Shown: in pieces, positions 12,068 through 25,595 of the stretch
Layout: every line of letters starts with the position of its first letter
Numbering within the stretch: the first letter of the stretch is position 1
Source of the DNA: Octopus sinensis
Taxonomy: Eukaryota
NCBI RefSeq assembly: GCF_006345805.1
Contig: NC_043006.1
Coordinates: 54,436,001-54,500,000, forward strand
Reading direction: 5' to 3'
DNA: 64,000 nt
Notes under the pieces: model-generated
The model's input: only the letters and a program-made list of their open reading frames with translations
Databases searched by the model: none
Told to the model about the DNA's origin: nothing
Position numbers and translations under genes: made by a program

Positions 12068-13808
12068 GAGATAGGCAGAGTGTACAGTAGAGACTAGAGA
12101 ATCAACTCTGGCTACCAAGTTAGTTATAGGTAGGCACCCTATAACTAATTAGTTACCTACCTATAACAAAATCAAGTTAGACATACACATGTATGTATGG
12201 AGATAGGCAGAGTATATGAGGAATAATTTGAGTTACATTTGTTAAGATAGGCATGTTATATTTGAATGTGTATAGTAGAGAATCAATTCTGGCTACCAAG
12301 TTACTTATAGGTAAGCACCCTATAACTAATTAGTTACATACCTATAACAAAATCAAGTTAGATATATTGGGCCATCTCATAAATAATGTGGATTTTTTAT
12401 ACTTCTTTTATTTTTCAAAATTAAGATAAAGTTGTTTTTTAATCTAAAATATACACTCCTTCACTTTCTACAATCCTTTCCCATCTATCTGGTAGGCTTG
12501 CAAGGCTTCTTCCAAAATTCACTTGTCTGTGATAGAAAATACTCTTCCAGTACTGTTCTGGTCTACAAAATTAATATTTTTTCCATCCAAATTATTTTGA
12601 AGACTATGGAATAAATGATAATCAGATGGGATAATGTCCAGCAAATAGGGTGGGTGGAGCATCGTTTCCCATTCAAACTGCTCCAGCCTTTGGAATGTCA
12701 TCCTCACTGTATGTGGCCAAGCATTATCCTTGAAACCAAAGATGGTTGTTTCTCTTCAGGTGCTGACTTAAGCCATTCAAGCTGCTTGCAGTAGATCTCC
12801 TTTGTTATTGTTTGGTTTGGGTTTAAACGTTCAAAGTGGACTAAACTTTTCATATCCCACCAAACAGATAACAACTTCAGTGATTGAAGACCTTCTTTAG
12901 TCTGGGGTGCCAGTGTTTCTCCTTTCCCTATCCACTATCTTTGGCATTTGACATTTTTATAGAGAACCCATTTCTTGTCACCAGTTACTATATTTGATTC
13001 AAAAGAGGTTCACTTGTAAGACATGACAGCAAAGAAAAGCACACATTCACTCTCTACATGCAATAAGACTTGGAAAGTTTGTGAGGAAACCACTGACCCA
13101 ATTTTCTGACTTTTCCAATGACACACAAGTGTTGATGAATAGTTGAATGACCAAATCCAAACTTCTCTGTTAGTTCCTCAACCATTATGATGGGATTTTG
13201 TTCCATCAGGGTTTGTAGGATGTCCCTCTTGAGCTCTACAGATCTTCTAGGACAAAGCATGTCTTCTAGGGTGTAGTTTCTGGCTCAGAATTTCTGGAAT
13301 CACTGTTGACACTAGCTTACACGCACTGTTCGATATTCATATACTGCATTAATATTCCTCACACTTTCCACCGCGTTGTTACCTTTATTGAACTCATAAA
13401 GCAAAATGTGCTGAATATGCTCCTTTGTCACTTCCATTATAGCTTTGAAAAAAATAACCGTTAAAATCGAACTGTACTCTTCAAAACTCGCACTAAAAAT
13501 AAGTACAAGGTAAAATTACTACCTGCTTTTATAGCAAATTGATGCAGATAGTTTATCCCAACTCCCTCCAACTTTTAGTTCATGCAATTGAAAAAACTGC
13601 ATTATTTATGGGATGACCCAATACATATATATGTACGGAGATAGGCAGAGTATCTGAGGAATAATTTGAGGTACATTTGTTAAGACAAACATGTTATATT
13701 GGAATGTGTACAGTAGAGGATTAACTCTGGCTACAAAGTTAGTTATAGGTAGGCACCCTATAACTAATTAGCTACCTACCAATAACTAACTTGGTAGGCA
13801 GGGTTGAT
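12068..13808. repeat. Three-unit tandem repeat with internal hairpins, split by the mariner
   Basis: Units at about 12068-12180, 12200-12362 and 13637-13808 share gagataggcagagt...aactctggctaccaagttagttataggtaggcaccctataactaattag. Confidence 0.85.
12367..13621 (-). mobile_element. Full-length degenerate mariner transposon
   Basis: TIRs ttgggccatctcataaataatg / cattatttatgggatgacccaa, TA on both sides, 1255 bp. Fragments WETMLHPPYLLDIIPSDYHLFHSLQN (YSPDLAP motif) and KLGQWFPHKL (WVPHEL motif). Confidence 0.92.
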
Positions 13809-14239
13809 GAGAAAGAGATTGACAGGGTATATATTACTAGGATGAGTACAGAAAGGTTATGTAGTGTAGTAGATAGATTAGATGTATATAAGTAGTGAGG
13901 GGTATAGGTAATTGGAGAGATAAGAGGATGTAAGCCAGTGGAGTGGGAAATTTAGATAAGGTAGATGGAGTGGTAAATTAGATTAAGTACAGGGTAAGAG
14001 AAAGGGTAGAAGGTGGGTGGCAAGGTGGATATGGTAGGTAGATTAGATGTTGAGGAGTGAGAGGGTATGGTGTTGGTGTTGTGGGTTTATGTACCTTGCC
14101 ATGATTGTCCTTGGTAATAAGTGGGACAAGTAGTAAGATGCATTGGAGTGGAGAAAAGAAGGGGTGAAGGTGTGGTGTGCCTATGACCAGCTGTCGTATT
14201 GTGTTTACAATGTAGATAATATGTATGTTTGTGTGATTG

Positions 14240-15797
14240 TAGTTAGTTAGTTAATTTTTTGGCTCAAAAAGCAAAAAGCAAGGCCATGTAGGGGGACATG
14301 GAGTTATGTACAGGGTGGTGTTCATGTAAAGAGTTCAGGCCACTTGAGGCCAAGGGAGACTTTGAACAAAGCGGTCGTCGACATCTTCACCATCTTCTCG
14401 TCTGGCAGCTTATTACACGGATCCGCAACCCGGATGGAGAAAGCCCCTCTTCTTCGATTGAGATGAAATCATCGCAGATAGAGCTTTTTGGAATGACCCC
14501 GCAGCCGACGCTCTGGAGCAGGAGTGAAGAACAGCTCTTTCGAGAGGTTACACTTTCCGCTTATGATGTTGTGAGCGAGAATGAGATCACTACGGCGGCG
14601 GCGTTTTTCTAGAGAATAAAGGTCGAGCGTCTTCAGCCTTTCTTCATAAGACAAATTCTTGAGACCATGAACCATGCTGGTAGCCAGCTTCTGGACTCTT
14701 TCGAGATGCTGTATGTCTTTGAGGAGATAAGGAGAAGAGGCTTGAATCCCATACTCCAATATGGGTCTCACCAGCGTGACATAGAGCGGTAGGAATATGG
14801 CTGCTGTGAGCATTCCGAATGACCGTCGAATCAAGAACAGAATTCTGCGTGCTTTGTTGGCAGCATGGACACACTGGGCCGAAGGCGAAAAGGAGGAATC
14901 CACCAAGATACCCAGGTCCTTTACCTGATCGGTCCTCTCCAGCAGCAGACGACCCGGCTCGAAATCAAGTTGAGTTGCAAGAGGAGAGCCAACAGGCAGA
15001 TGACAGCACTTTGACATGTTCAGACACAGGTCCCATTCGTTAGACCATCTCCAAATTTGGTGGAGGCATCGACGAAGATCCTCTATATCACTGCGAGGAG
15101 CGACCAGTTTGACATCATCGGCAAATAGAAGGGTGTGTTGCATGAGGTCGTCGGGCAAGTCATTTATGAAGACTAAGAACAATAAAGGTCCAAGCACTGA
15201 ACCTTGGGGCACGCCACTGCTCGCACTGGAGACGTCGGACCGCGAACCATTAACTTGGACTTGGAAGGAGCGATCTGAGGGGAAGGCACCAACCCATTGT
15301 ACAATATCCGGATGGGAACTATATGCTTGAAGCTTGACAAGTAATAGGCGGTGGTTTACCGAGTCAAAAGCTTTGGCAAAGTCCAATAAAACGATGTCAA
15401 CAGCATCACTATCATCGAGGATGCGCGTCACCAATTCTTCCATTACCAGTAAGTTGGTCAAGCATGATCTCTCCAGCACGAAGCCGTGTTGGGAATTAGA
15501 GATAGAGGCTGTGTTTTGGAGGTGGAGCATCATACTTTTCTTAAGGATGGTTTCCAACATCTTGCTGATTATTGATGTAAGGGAAAGCGGTCGGTAGGTG
15601 AGTGGGTCTTCGCGGCTCCCTTTCTTGAAAATTGGGCAGATTATCGCTGTTCTCCAGTCCGCAGGTATAACACCCGTCGCCAATGACATATTGAATAGAC
15701 ATGTTAAGGGCTCGCAGATGACCGGAGTCAACGCTTTGATAAGCCGTGGGTGTATGCCGTCAGGGCCGTGACCCTTGTTGACATCGAGGCCTTGAAT
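14240..15797 (-). mobile_element. 5'-truncated non-LTR retrotransposon (CR1-group LINE)
   Basis: RT ORF with GPDGIHP, YRPLSLTS, QHGF, LDFAKAFDSV, GVPQGSVLGPLLF, FADD and KDLGI motifs, a short 3' UTR and a (TAAC)n tail at about 14240-14254. Confidence 0.93.
14469..15731 (-). pseudogene. LINE ORF2 reverse transcriptase domain, 420 aa, endonuclease absent
   Basis: ORF track. The TGA at 14469-14471 looks like a premature CGA>TGA stop, because the frame continues FHLNRRRGAFSIRVADPCNKLP, the typical CR1 C-terminal FSxRV..WNxLP motif. Confidence 0.9.
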
Positions 15798-17080
15798 AAC
15801 TATCTAACTAACTAACATATACATATTTGTACACACACACACATGCATATGTGTTTGTGCATGTATACTTACACAAAGTATGTGACTGTGCTTATGCATA
15901 TGTGTATGCATGTATGTGCATGTGTATATACTCATGCACACATACTCACATAGAACATATGCCAATATATATTTATATTTACCAGATATGTTAACATTGA
16001 GCACTGGCTCTCTGTTGACTGTCTGTCTGTCACATATTTACAAATGATGTAATTCTGTACATGCTGTGAGACAAAACGACACAGCACCAGTGAATAACTG
16101 TGAAAGCAATCCTTGCAAAACCTTTGAGACACTGATAACAGGCTTTCCCAGACAGACAGACATACATGTACATACATGCACACATACTCACACCTATATA
16201 CATCTTTGTCTTCTATATATCTCAAAGCCAGGTTCTCATGTATCTTTCTCATTTATGTATCTAATAACAAGCATAGCAATACACACGTACGCACACACAT
16301 CCATCCCAACATACTTGTACAAACATGTACAATGTACAATAAGAAAAACAGATAATTAAGAAATACACAAAGATCACGTGCGTGCATGCACACACACACA
16401 CACACACATACTTGTAACAATAACCTACATGATTCTCAGAAACATGTATACCCTCTCTTACACAAGCACACACACACACACAGACACACACACACATACA
16501 CACACACACGCACACACAAAATTTTCAAATAAGAAAATAGACCGGAACTCGAGGGTCAGTTATGGGTATTTGTGAGGTGATGGTGGTGGGACTGGTTAAT
16601 TAATCAACAATGACAATAATCAGCTTATTAGTTGTGAATAGTTAGAGATATGCAATGTTGTGGTTTTCATGACTTTATTGAAAAGCAATGGACAAATTCA
16701 TCTGGATATAGGAAAAATTCCCCTGAAACCACAGCCTTTTAAAATAGAAAGGAAACGTCACATAAAACAGTGTGGTCATGGCTGGAATGCTTTAATTTAG
16801 GGCTGACCTAAGACTTAACAACAAGTATATCAGGGGTTAAAAAGTTACATCACATGTATATGACTAAAGATATATATATATTACTCTTTACTCTTTTACT
16901 TGTTTCAGTCATTTGACTGCGGCCATGCTGGAGCCTTTAGTCGAGCAAATTGGCCCTAGGACTTATTCTTTGTAAGCCCAGTACTTATTCTATTGGTCCC
17001 TTTTGCCGAACTGCTAAGTTATGGGTACGTAAACACACCAGCATCAGTTGGATGGACAAACACAGACACACAAACACAAT

Positions 17081-17136
<56 letters not shown>

Positions 17137-17246
17137 GCTTCTTTCAGTTTCCGTCTACCAAATCCTCTCACAAGGCTTTGGTCGGCCTGAAGCTATGGTA
17201 GAAGACACTTGCCCAAGGTGCCACACAGCCACTCCTGCGCCTTTGA

Positions 17247-17303
<57 letters not shown>

Positions 17304-18903
17304 GTGTATATAGATAGATTGATATATCTTTGTATGTGGTGTATATGTGTGTAAACATGACTTTTAGTAGATATTCCATTCCCTTGTCAATTAATGACTA
17401 ATCTTAATCTGGATAAAATAATAGTTAATTAGTTTAACTATTATTTATGATATTTAAATGAAATGTGACATTTTTTTTTCTGTGATCCTCCCTTCATCCA
17501 TTCAGTAATATTTTAATATATACATATGCACACACACACACACAGAGTCCCCCCTCCCCCACTAAAACAATATTTGTAATGCCAAAACTAAATGTTGGTT
17601 TCAGGTCCTGGTTGTACGCTCAGGAATGCAGTTGGTTCTCCTTACATGTAGGTAGGGAGTCCCAGAGGATATTATGTCTGTCATTCATATGTTTACTGTG
17701 GGACAATAGTGACATAGGTGAAGTGAAATAGACAGAAGTGGGAATTAAAACCAAGTTCTAGATCCAAACACATGAAGAATTTACTTTTTCTCTATTATCA
17801 TTCCCCAAAAGCATATTTTTTAATCTTTTATTTGTTTCAGTCGTTGGTTTTAGAGGGTTTTAGTCAAACAAATTGATTCCAGTACTTTATTTTTGAAGTC
17901 CAATACCTATTCTGTCAATCTTGTTTGCTGAACTGCTAAGTTACAGAGACATAAAAAAACCCACACTGACACGTGCATGCACACATACACACACACACAC
18001 ACAATGGGCTTCTACAAAGTTTCTTATTTCCTTATTGATGCCCACAAGGGGCTAAACATAGAGGGGACAAACAAGGACAGACAAAGGGATTAAGTCGATT
18101 ACATCAACCCCAGTGCATAACTGGTACTTAATTTATCGACCCCGAAAGGATGAACGGTAAAGTCGACCTCAGCGGAATTTGAACTCAGAACGTAACAGCA
18201 GACGAAATACCGCTAAGTTATTCGCCCGGGGTGCTAACGTTTCTTCTAGCTCGCCGCCTTAAAGTCTCTACTAAATTTACTCATAAAGCACTATTCAGCC
18301 CTGAGCTATAGTAGAAAATATTTACACAAGGTACTGCACATTGGGACTGAACCTGAAACCATGTGGCTACAATATGATCTTGTTAACCATCCAGCCACAC
18401 TGAATAGGTTTCACTTCCGTGTCACGTGATCACATTGGTCAACAAATGTTGAATCTGAATAACACGAACCACATCAATTTCATCAGCTGAGGGGGTCCTG
18501 CAAATAATCATGTGCACAAACCATCCCTTCCATTTACTCAGTATTCTATTTATTTTACTTTTAAAGCAAACCCTTAGCATTCACTTACATGTTGGTGAGT
18601 GAATGTTGTAGCTAGTCCACATGATTGCAGTAGTGTGAGCTCCACTTTACACACCAACAGACCATCATGGAATGGTAGATTTAAAACAGAACATGCAGGT
18701 CTAACAAATCAAAGACAGTGATTTAGAAACACTGGTACATTGAATATGTGTATATAGATATAGGCATAGGTGTGTGAGGTTTGCTTCCTGACTACATGGT
18801 TCCATGTTCGGTCCTATTGCATGGTACCTTGGACAAATTTTCTTCTATTTTAGCCTCAGGGTGACCAAAACCTTGTATGTGGATTTGATAGATGGAAACA
18901 TAT

Positions 18904-18958
<55 letters not shown>

Positions 18959-19241
18959 ATATATATATATGATTTTGTGTTTGTCTTTGTCGCCCACCAC
19001 TGCTTGACAATCAATGTTGGTGTGTTTACGTCCCATAACTTAGCATTTCAATAAAATATGTACCAGGCTTTAAAAAAAAAAGTAAGTACCGGAGTTGATT
19101 CTTTCAACTAAAATTATTCAAGGTAGTGCCCCAGCATGGTCACAGTCTAATGACTGAAACAAGTAAAAGATAAAAGATATTTCACGCTCTAATAAAACAA
19201 AGTACTCAATAGCTTTTTACTTGTTTAACTTTAATTCTTAT

Positions 19242-19541
19242 TTATTACCTCTGCCTTAGCAAAGGCGGAGGTATTGTTTTCTGTTGTGTTTGTTTGTTTG
19301 TTCATGGACACGATATCTCAAGAACCACTGGATGAAACTTTCAGGGATGTTTGGCCCCTTGACTGGCACGAACTGATTAGATTTTGGGATCGATCCAGTA
19401 CTGGATAAGGATTCTGGATTATATTTTTGGGGTCCTTTTACTTAATTTTTGAGAGAAGTCGGGTTCGTTTTTAGTATGCTCGTTTGTAAGAGCAGTCAAG
19501 TTTATTTCAGATATTTTCATTTTAAATATCATTTCTGGCTA
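19242..19541 (+). mobile_element. HINE / Helentron-like non-autonomous element, 3'-truncated
   Basis: Starts ttattacctctgccttagcaaaggcggaggt (short inverted repeat) followed by (GTTT)n; homologous to 59733-60086. Confidence 0.65.
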
Positions 19542-19730
19542 TCGTAAATCTTCGAGTATAATCCACACTTTTTTCCCAAAACTTAAAGGTCAAAATCCCT
19601 AGTGCGTACTATATATGAGGTTAAAAATGTAAAATATTTTCTAAGCAATGTCCGAGTCTCTATTTGCCATCCGGCAATGTTTATTCAGACGCATTTTGTG
19701 ATGTCAGGCGCGAAAATGATATAATTGACA
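19542..19730. mobile_element. Terminal fragment of a pogo/Tc2-like DNA transposon
   Basis: Begins (t)cgtaaatcttcgagtataatcc, resembling CCGTA-type TIRs; only one end is seen. Confidence 0.4.
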
Positions 19731-19859
19731 AGATTGTAAGTGAAAGAAAAACTAAAACAGTAAATATATAGATATTTCTATCTTTGAAGACCACTGAATT
19801 TAGGTAAATAATCCTTCAAACAGATTGGTCAGTAGCAACGCCTGCTGGGTTCTGCTACT

Positions 19860-19900
19860 CTGCATTGATAAAGGGCAAATACCCTGAAACTAGTCTGCAG
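19860..19900 (+). ncRNA. Decayed minimal type I hammerhead ribozyme (Penelope-type)
   Basis: CUGCA-[U]UGAU[A]A-AGGG-caaaua-CCCU-GAAA-CUA-GUC-UGCAG. Perfect stems I and II, palindromic ACUAGU stem III, two core substitutions. Confidence 0.6.
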
Positions 19901-21994
19901 ATGCCTGACCAGGAAGAGGAAGCAGCTGACCTCTCCTGTTCGAAGGTTATAATGGACACGAGTTAATCAACGGCAGCTTTCATCCTATATTTATGGACTG
20001 CCATATTAGCTTGGCAATAACTATTAATATCCAGTACCGCTGCCGTAGTCTCCTTTAGAGAGACTTAGAAATAATAATATTTCTACTTTAGTAAATATAT
20101 AGAGTTAAGTATAAACTCTCTTTCTCCTTCACTCTTATACTACACAAAGTGTTGTCTTTCATATTCCATGTATGACTCTTTGAGCATGCTTGTGTTTAAG
20201 GAAATGAGTATGAATACCTTGTATAGCTATTTGTATGAAAAATTGTCTAAAGAAATTTGTGAATATTTGTGTGTAAATATCTGAATTTGTGTGCATGTAT
20301 GGATTTTTGTGCCTGTGTATATACATATTCACTGAAGGACCAAAAGCTAGGATTATCTTCGTTGCTGTTTTCTTTCACCACTACTCTACCCTTCCTATTT
20401 CCCATTGATCTATTGTCAGTAACTAATGAGATTAGCATAGTTCCTATTCTACTGCCTGTTTGTTAAACAGTGTATAATTAATCTAGAGAGACCTTTTCAC
20501 TAACAACACCCACCTGTGGGTACCAATGTATGTATGTATGTATGTATGTGAGTGTGTGTTTGTAGATTGTATGTGTGACTGCAGGTACATTGTATATGTG
20601 TACATTTCACAATTTAATTTAATGCAACAGATTAGGACAGCAATATTGTCCCCTAGAAAAACTGTACAATAGTAGAAACAACAGGATCTAATCTTTTTCA
20701 TTTGCAAAATGAGCCCCACTTTAATTTTGCTCAGATAGCTTTCGATTTTGGTGTATCAATGCAACTCTGAATTTTGATTATGATCAACCAATTGCTTTAT
20801 CCCATAAATTAAAGAATCTGGAATTAAAGTTGGGAAATTTGGGTAATTAGAGCCAATCAACAGACAGTGAGGCATTAACAACTTGTTACCATGACAACCA
20901 CACATTGTGTTGTGTTCCACCTGCATGTTGTGTTGATTCTTCACGCTACAAGATTTACTTCACTTGCATGTTTTGTTTTAATTAAAATTTATATTTATCA
21001 ATTGGGATTTTAGTATAGATATTTTTCGGCAATTGTCTTAATATTTTATGTATTTTTCTTACATAGCAAAAGTTATTTGCAATGTTTATACAGTTTCCCA
21101 GCATTATGAAGGTGAATGGAATATATGAACTTAGTACAGATAATTTGACATTCTTTTTGAATTCTGCATGCAAAAACATATAAGATACAGATATCCTTTT
21201 TCGTGAGACAAATTCTTTGCTGACCAGTGTTATTCTTATCATAGTTTACAAATCCAAGCATGAAAACATTACTCAACTTCAATGTTTTGGAGACAGACGC
21301 CCTCTTTTCATGCACACACATCCACTTATATGTTAATAATGTACACAAATACATGACAGGTACTCATAATACTGAAATACACATACAGGAAACACATGCA
21401 GACAAATATATTAATTATTACAAATTAAAAATAATAATAATAATAACATACAATCAATGTAAAAGAAACAGTAAGATGATACATGTTGATTTTATTAGGT
21501 ATTTCTGTTTATTTAGAAACCTACAATGAAGAGACACTAAATTTTAAATTACACTTTTTCTCCACAATATCATACCTTCATAGCAATTAGATTGGAAAAC
21601 TTTATTATTATAGCCAATTTTCAGATTTTCCACTGTCTTTTAAAAAATGCATATTTTGTGAATGCTAAAAGACTAGATCCATATTTTAGTTGGGCTTTAT
21701 TTATTTATGAGGTTCTGAGTTCAAATCTTGAAAGTGGTGTTTTTCCTTTCTCCAGACTTCTCAGGGTTAATAAAATAAGTAGTAGTAGTAGTAGTCATAC
21801 ACAGCCATTGTTAATTCAATACATGATACTCTGTCTCTTACTCTATACCCTATCCCTACTATACTCTACTCCAGCTGCACCCTACAACGTCTAGTACTCT
21901 GTACCTGAAACAGACTTTATCAAACCCCTAGAAATTGATGTCTTGGACTAAAAAAAGAATAATATCGTCTCACAGAAAATATTAAAACTGATTT

Positions 21995-22332
21995 GGTTGG
22001 CTGTTTGAAATCATTTTTTTACCTGTGGACCCCTTTGATTACCATTTTACTTTGATGCCCACCCTACCATAACCATTCGATGTTTAAAAATTAGTTTTAT
22101 ACAAACTTCTTTCAAAATTCCTATTTTGTTTTTCACACATTAACTTGTGTAGTTTGAACTATGTAAAATGTTAGAGAAAGAAACCAAGCTGTTTCTTGCA
22201 ACAGACACATCTAAAGCAAATTTTTTTCCTGGACCCTTAATATACTACATTGGATCCCTAATTAACTATTTTGCTTGCGTGGACCCAAAAAAATCTTATG
22301 TGGGACATATGGACCCTGGTTGAGAACCATTA
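21995..22332. mobile_element. hAT MITE, same family as 37093-38652
   Basis: Shared internal sequence (cacattaacttgtgtag.ttgaactatgtaaaatgttag) and right end ggttgagaacca. The left boundary is approximate. Confidence 0.75.
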
Positions 22333-25062
22333 GTATAAATGTGATCTGAGGGGATTTTTTTTTTCTGTAAGTCAAGCTCCTGTATTCGATACAGTTGAGC
22401 CTTAGCTATCAGTTATCAAAACATGGTGTAAAAGGTAGGTTACCACACAAACCATCTTTAATATTTTCTTTGAGATTAAGGCAGTAAGTTGACCAAATTA
22501 TTAGTACAACAAGCAAAATGCTTAGTGGCATTTCATCTGTCTTTATATTCTGAGTTCAAATTCCACCAAAGTCAACTTAACCTTTCATCCTTTCAGGGTT
22601 GATTAAATTAGTACCAGCTAAGCACTTGGGTCGATGTAATCAAATTACACTCCCCACTAAATTGCAGGCCTTGTACCAAAAATTTCAAATCAATATTTTA
22701 TCTGAGACATTGTTGTTGTTGTTGTTGGTATGGGGCTTCAATGTATAGGCTTTCATTATAGTATGCGGTTGTTTAACTGTAGGTTAGTGATGATTAAGCA
22801 GATTTATGTTCAAAAGTATTCCAAGCTTTATCACCTTCCCCTTTTGTTCTTAAAGGCATTAGGGTGTGATTTGTGGGACATGTGGTTGCTATTTTTAGCA
22901 AGTCAATTGACTGCACTGTAGAGTGTAGAGGAGACATGGTGGTGTAGATGAAGTGTCAAACTAGTTGCTCATAGGTTGTGAGTTGAAATCCCTCCGCAGG
23001 TATTTGTTAAGTTTTTGAGCAGAAGATTTTATTCCATATTGATCATAGGAATAGACTGGTGACCTATCCAGAAGAGTTATTTCTCACCTGCTTAACACTA
23101 TTTATATTACTTTAGCTTGGTGATATAGTTGCAATTAACTGAATCAAGAATTGTTATTCAATGTCTCATCAACCTTTTATTTGAAAACATAAATTACGAA
23201 GGTTAATTATTTAGTGACACCACCACCACCATCACAACATCCTCTTTTCCATGCTTATATGGATCTGACAAAATTTGTTAAGGTAGATTTTCTACAGCTG
23301 GATGCCTTTCCTGTCACCAACTCTCACCTGTTTCCAAATAAGATCATATTTCCCATGTCCTTTGAACAGAAACAGCCCAATGACACTACTTAAGTAGTGG
23401 TGACATCTGTTTACTATGAGCAAGGCAAGTCATAGGAACATGAACACACACATACGTAACAGGCTTCTTTCAGTTTCTACTAAATCTAATCACTTAGCTT
23501 TGGTTGGCCCTGGATCTACAGTAGAAGACTTTTGAAGACATGAAAACAATAGTTCTGCATGAAAAATAATAGTTAAGTTATTATCATCATCATCATCATC
23601 ATTTAAAATCTGTTGTCCATGCTGGCGTGGGTTGGATGATTTGACCAGGGCTGGTAAGCTGAAAGGCTGCACCATACTCCAGTTTGATTTGTTATGGTCT
23701 TCTATGGCTGGATGCCCTTCTTAATGCCAACCACTCAAAGAGTGTAATAGGTGCTTTTACATGCCATTTGTGTGACACCGGTATCTACCACAACTGCAAT
23801 TTTGCTCAGCTTGATGGGTTTTCTCAAGCATGACATAATGCCAAAGGTCTTGGTCATTGCCTCCATGAGGCCCAACGCTTGAAAGTAACTTAGCCATTTT
23901 ACTTCTGTGAGGTCCAATGCTTGAAAGGAACTCAGCCACTTTGACTCCGCAAGGTCCAACCCTCAAAAGGTACTCTTAACGTGCCAGTCACATGACACCA
24001 GCATTAGCCATGACTATGATTTAAGTTAGTGTTAACATATTTAATACAGAGTGATCAGAGATCAACTTCATCATCAACCCCCAGACATAACTGTCTCAAG
24101 ACTTAGAACTTATAGGGGCAGTGAGGGGCAGTTATCGAGTTTCCAAGATGTAGAAGTAACCAAGACCACAATGCACCACCAAGCCTGGGAAATTGAAACC
24201 ATGTCCTTGTTGTCATGAGTGTAATGCCCTAAAAACTTGGCCACACATTTTCACCATCAAAGAAAGATCTCATTAGAAAACAATTACTTAATGAGAAAGT
24301 AACTAAATATTTAATTATTTTTGACAAGTCCAGGAGACAGTTGTATTTACTGACTGAACATCCCTTCCCCCCTGTCTTCTGCACAAGGAACATATAGTTA
24401 AATAAGCAAGGGTGGATAATATACTTAATATGGCAATTTCCTACTAATATCTAATTAATTTAACTTACAATCATTGTGAGAAAAAAAAATGTTCAATGAA
24501 AATTCTTGTCAAGAGAGGCAACTAGTGGAAGTTCAGTGACAGATATATTTCAGCCTTATGAAATCTCCACAGCCATGTACAGACTAACCATAACTTACCA
24601 GGTTAAAGGTGACTGAGAATGAAGACATTGTACAGCTACTTAGAGATTGTCTCATCAATCTTCCATCAAGTACCATGAAGTCTATGTTTCACTGAGGGGT
24701 ACTAATATGACTGGTACATAACAGTCAATTTGGCACAAGAGACCAATAGAATAAAAACGAGACTTAAAAAAATAAATACAAAGAACTAAGTACTGGGGTT
24801 GATTCATTCAACTAAAATTCTTCAAGTTGATGCCCCAGCATGACCACAGTCTAATGACTGAAACAAGTAAAAGTTAAAAGATACACACACACACACACAC
24901 ACACACGACAATGGTTGAAACCTTGAAGTCAAATGTCAATAATATTCTTGTTAAAGAATAATAAATTTGTACTCTTCAAAAATATAGAGAAATATAAAAT
25001 TGTTTTTATTATAAATGAGCATAAAAACAACCATTAAATCATATATATATATATATGTATAT

Positions 25063-25437
25063 ACTCTTTTACTTGTTTTAGTCATTTGACAGTGGCCATG
25101 CAGGAGCACCGCCTTTAGTTGAGCAAATTGACCCCAAGACTTATTCTTTGTAACCCTAATACTTATTCTATCGATCTCTTTTGCCGAACAACTAAGTTAC
25201 GGGGACATAAACACACCAGCATCGGCTGTCAAGCTATGTTGGGGATAAACACAGACACACACACATACATATATAGACGGGCTTCTTTCAGTTTCCGGCT
25301 ACCAAATCCACTCACAAGGCTTTGGTCAGCCCGAGGCTATAGTAGAAGACACTTGCCCAAGGTGCCATGCAGTGGGACTGAACCTGGAACCATGTGGTTG
25401 GTAAGCAAGCTACTTACCACACAGCCACTCCTACACC

Positions 25438-25438
<1 letters not shown>
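25063..25438 (-). mobile_element. SINE family B
   Basis: Full-length reverse-complement copy within (TA)n; accounts for ORF 25119-25475. Confidence 0.87.
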
Positions 25439-25471
<33 letters not shown>

Positions 25472-25553
25472 ATAATTACACATCTAAGCTAAAACAAATC
25501 ACTCTAATGAACCAGTGGCATGAATTTTGATTAATTCAAGCTGTTGGTGATGT

Positions 25554-25595
<42 letters not shown>

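Noticed and set aside
12068-12362. Repeat-spacer appearance suggesting a CRISPR array
   Set aside because: Eukaryotic context, units over 100 bp, no unique spacers and no cas genes.
14298-15597. Plus-strand ORFs of 74-104 aa
   Set aside because: Antisense shadows of the LINE RT frame.
17415-17447. AT-rich 13-bp stem hairpin
   Set aside because: Expected by chance in low-complexity AT-rich DNA.
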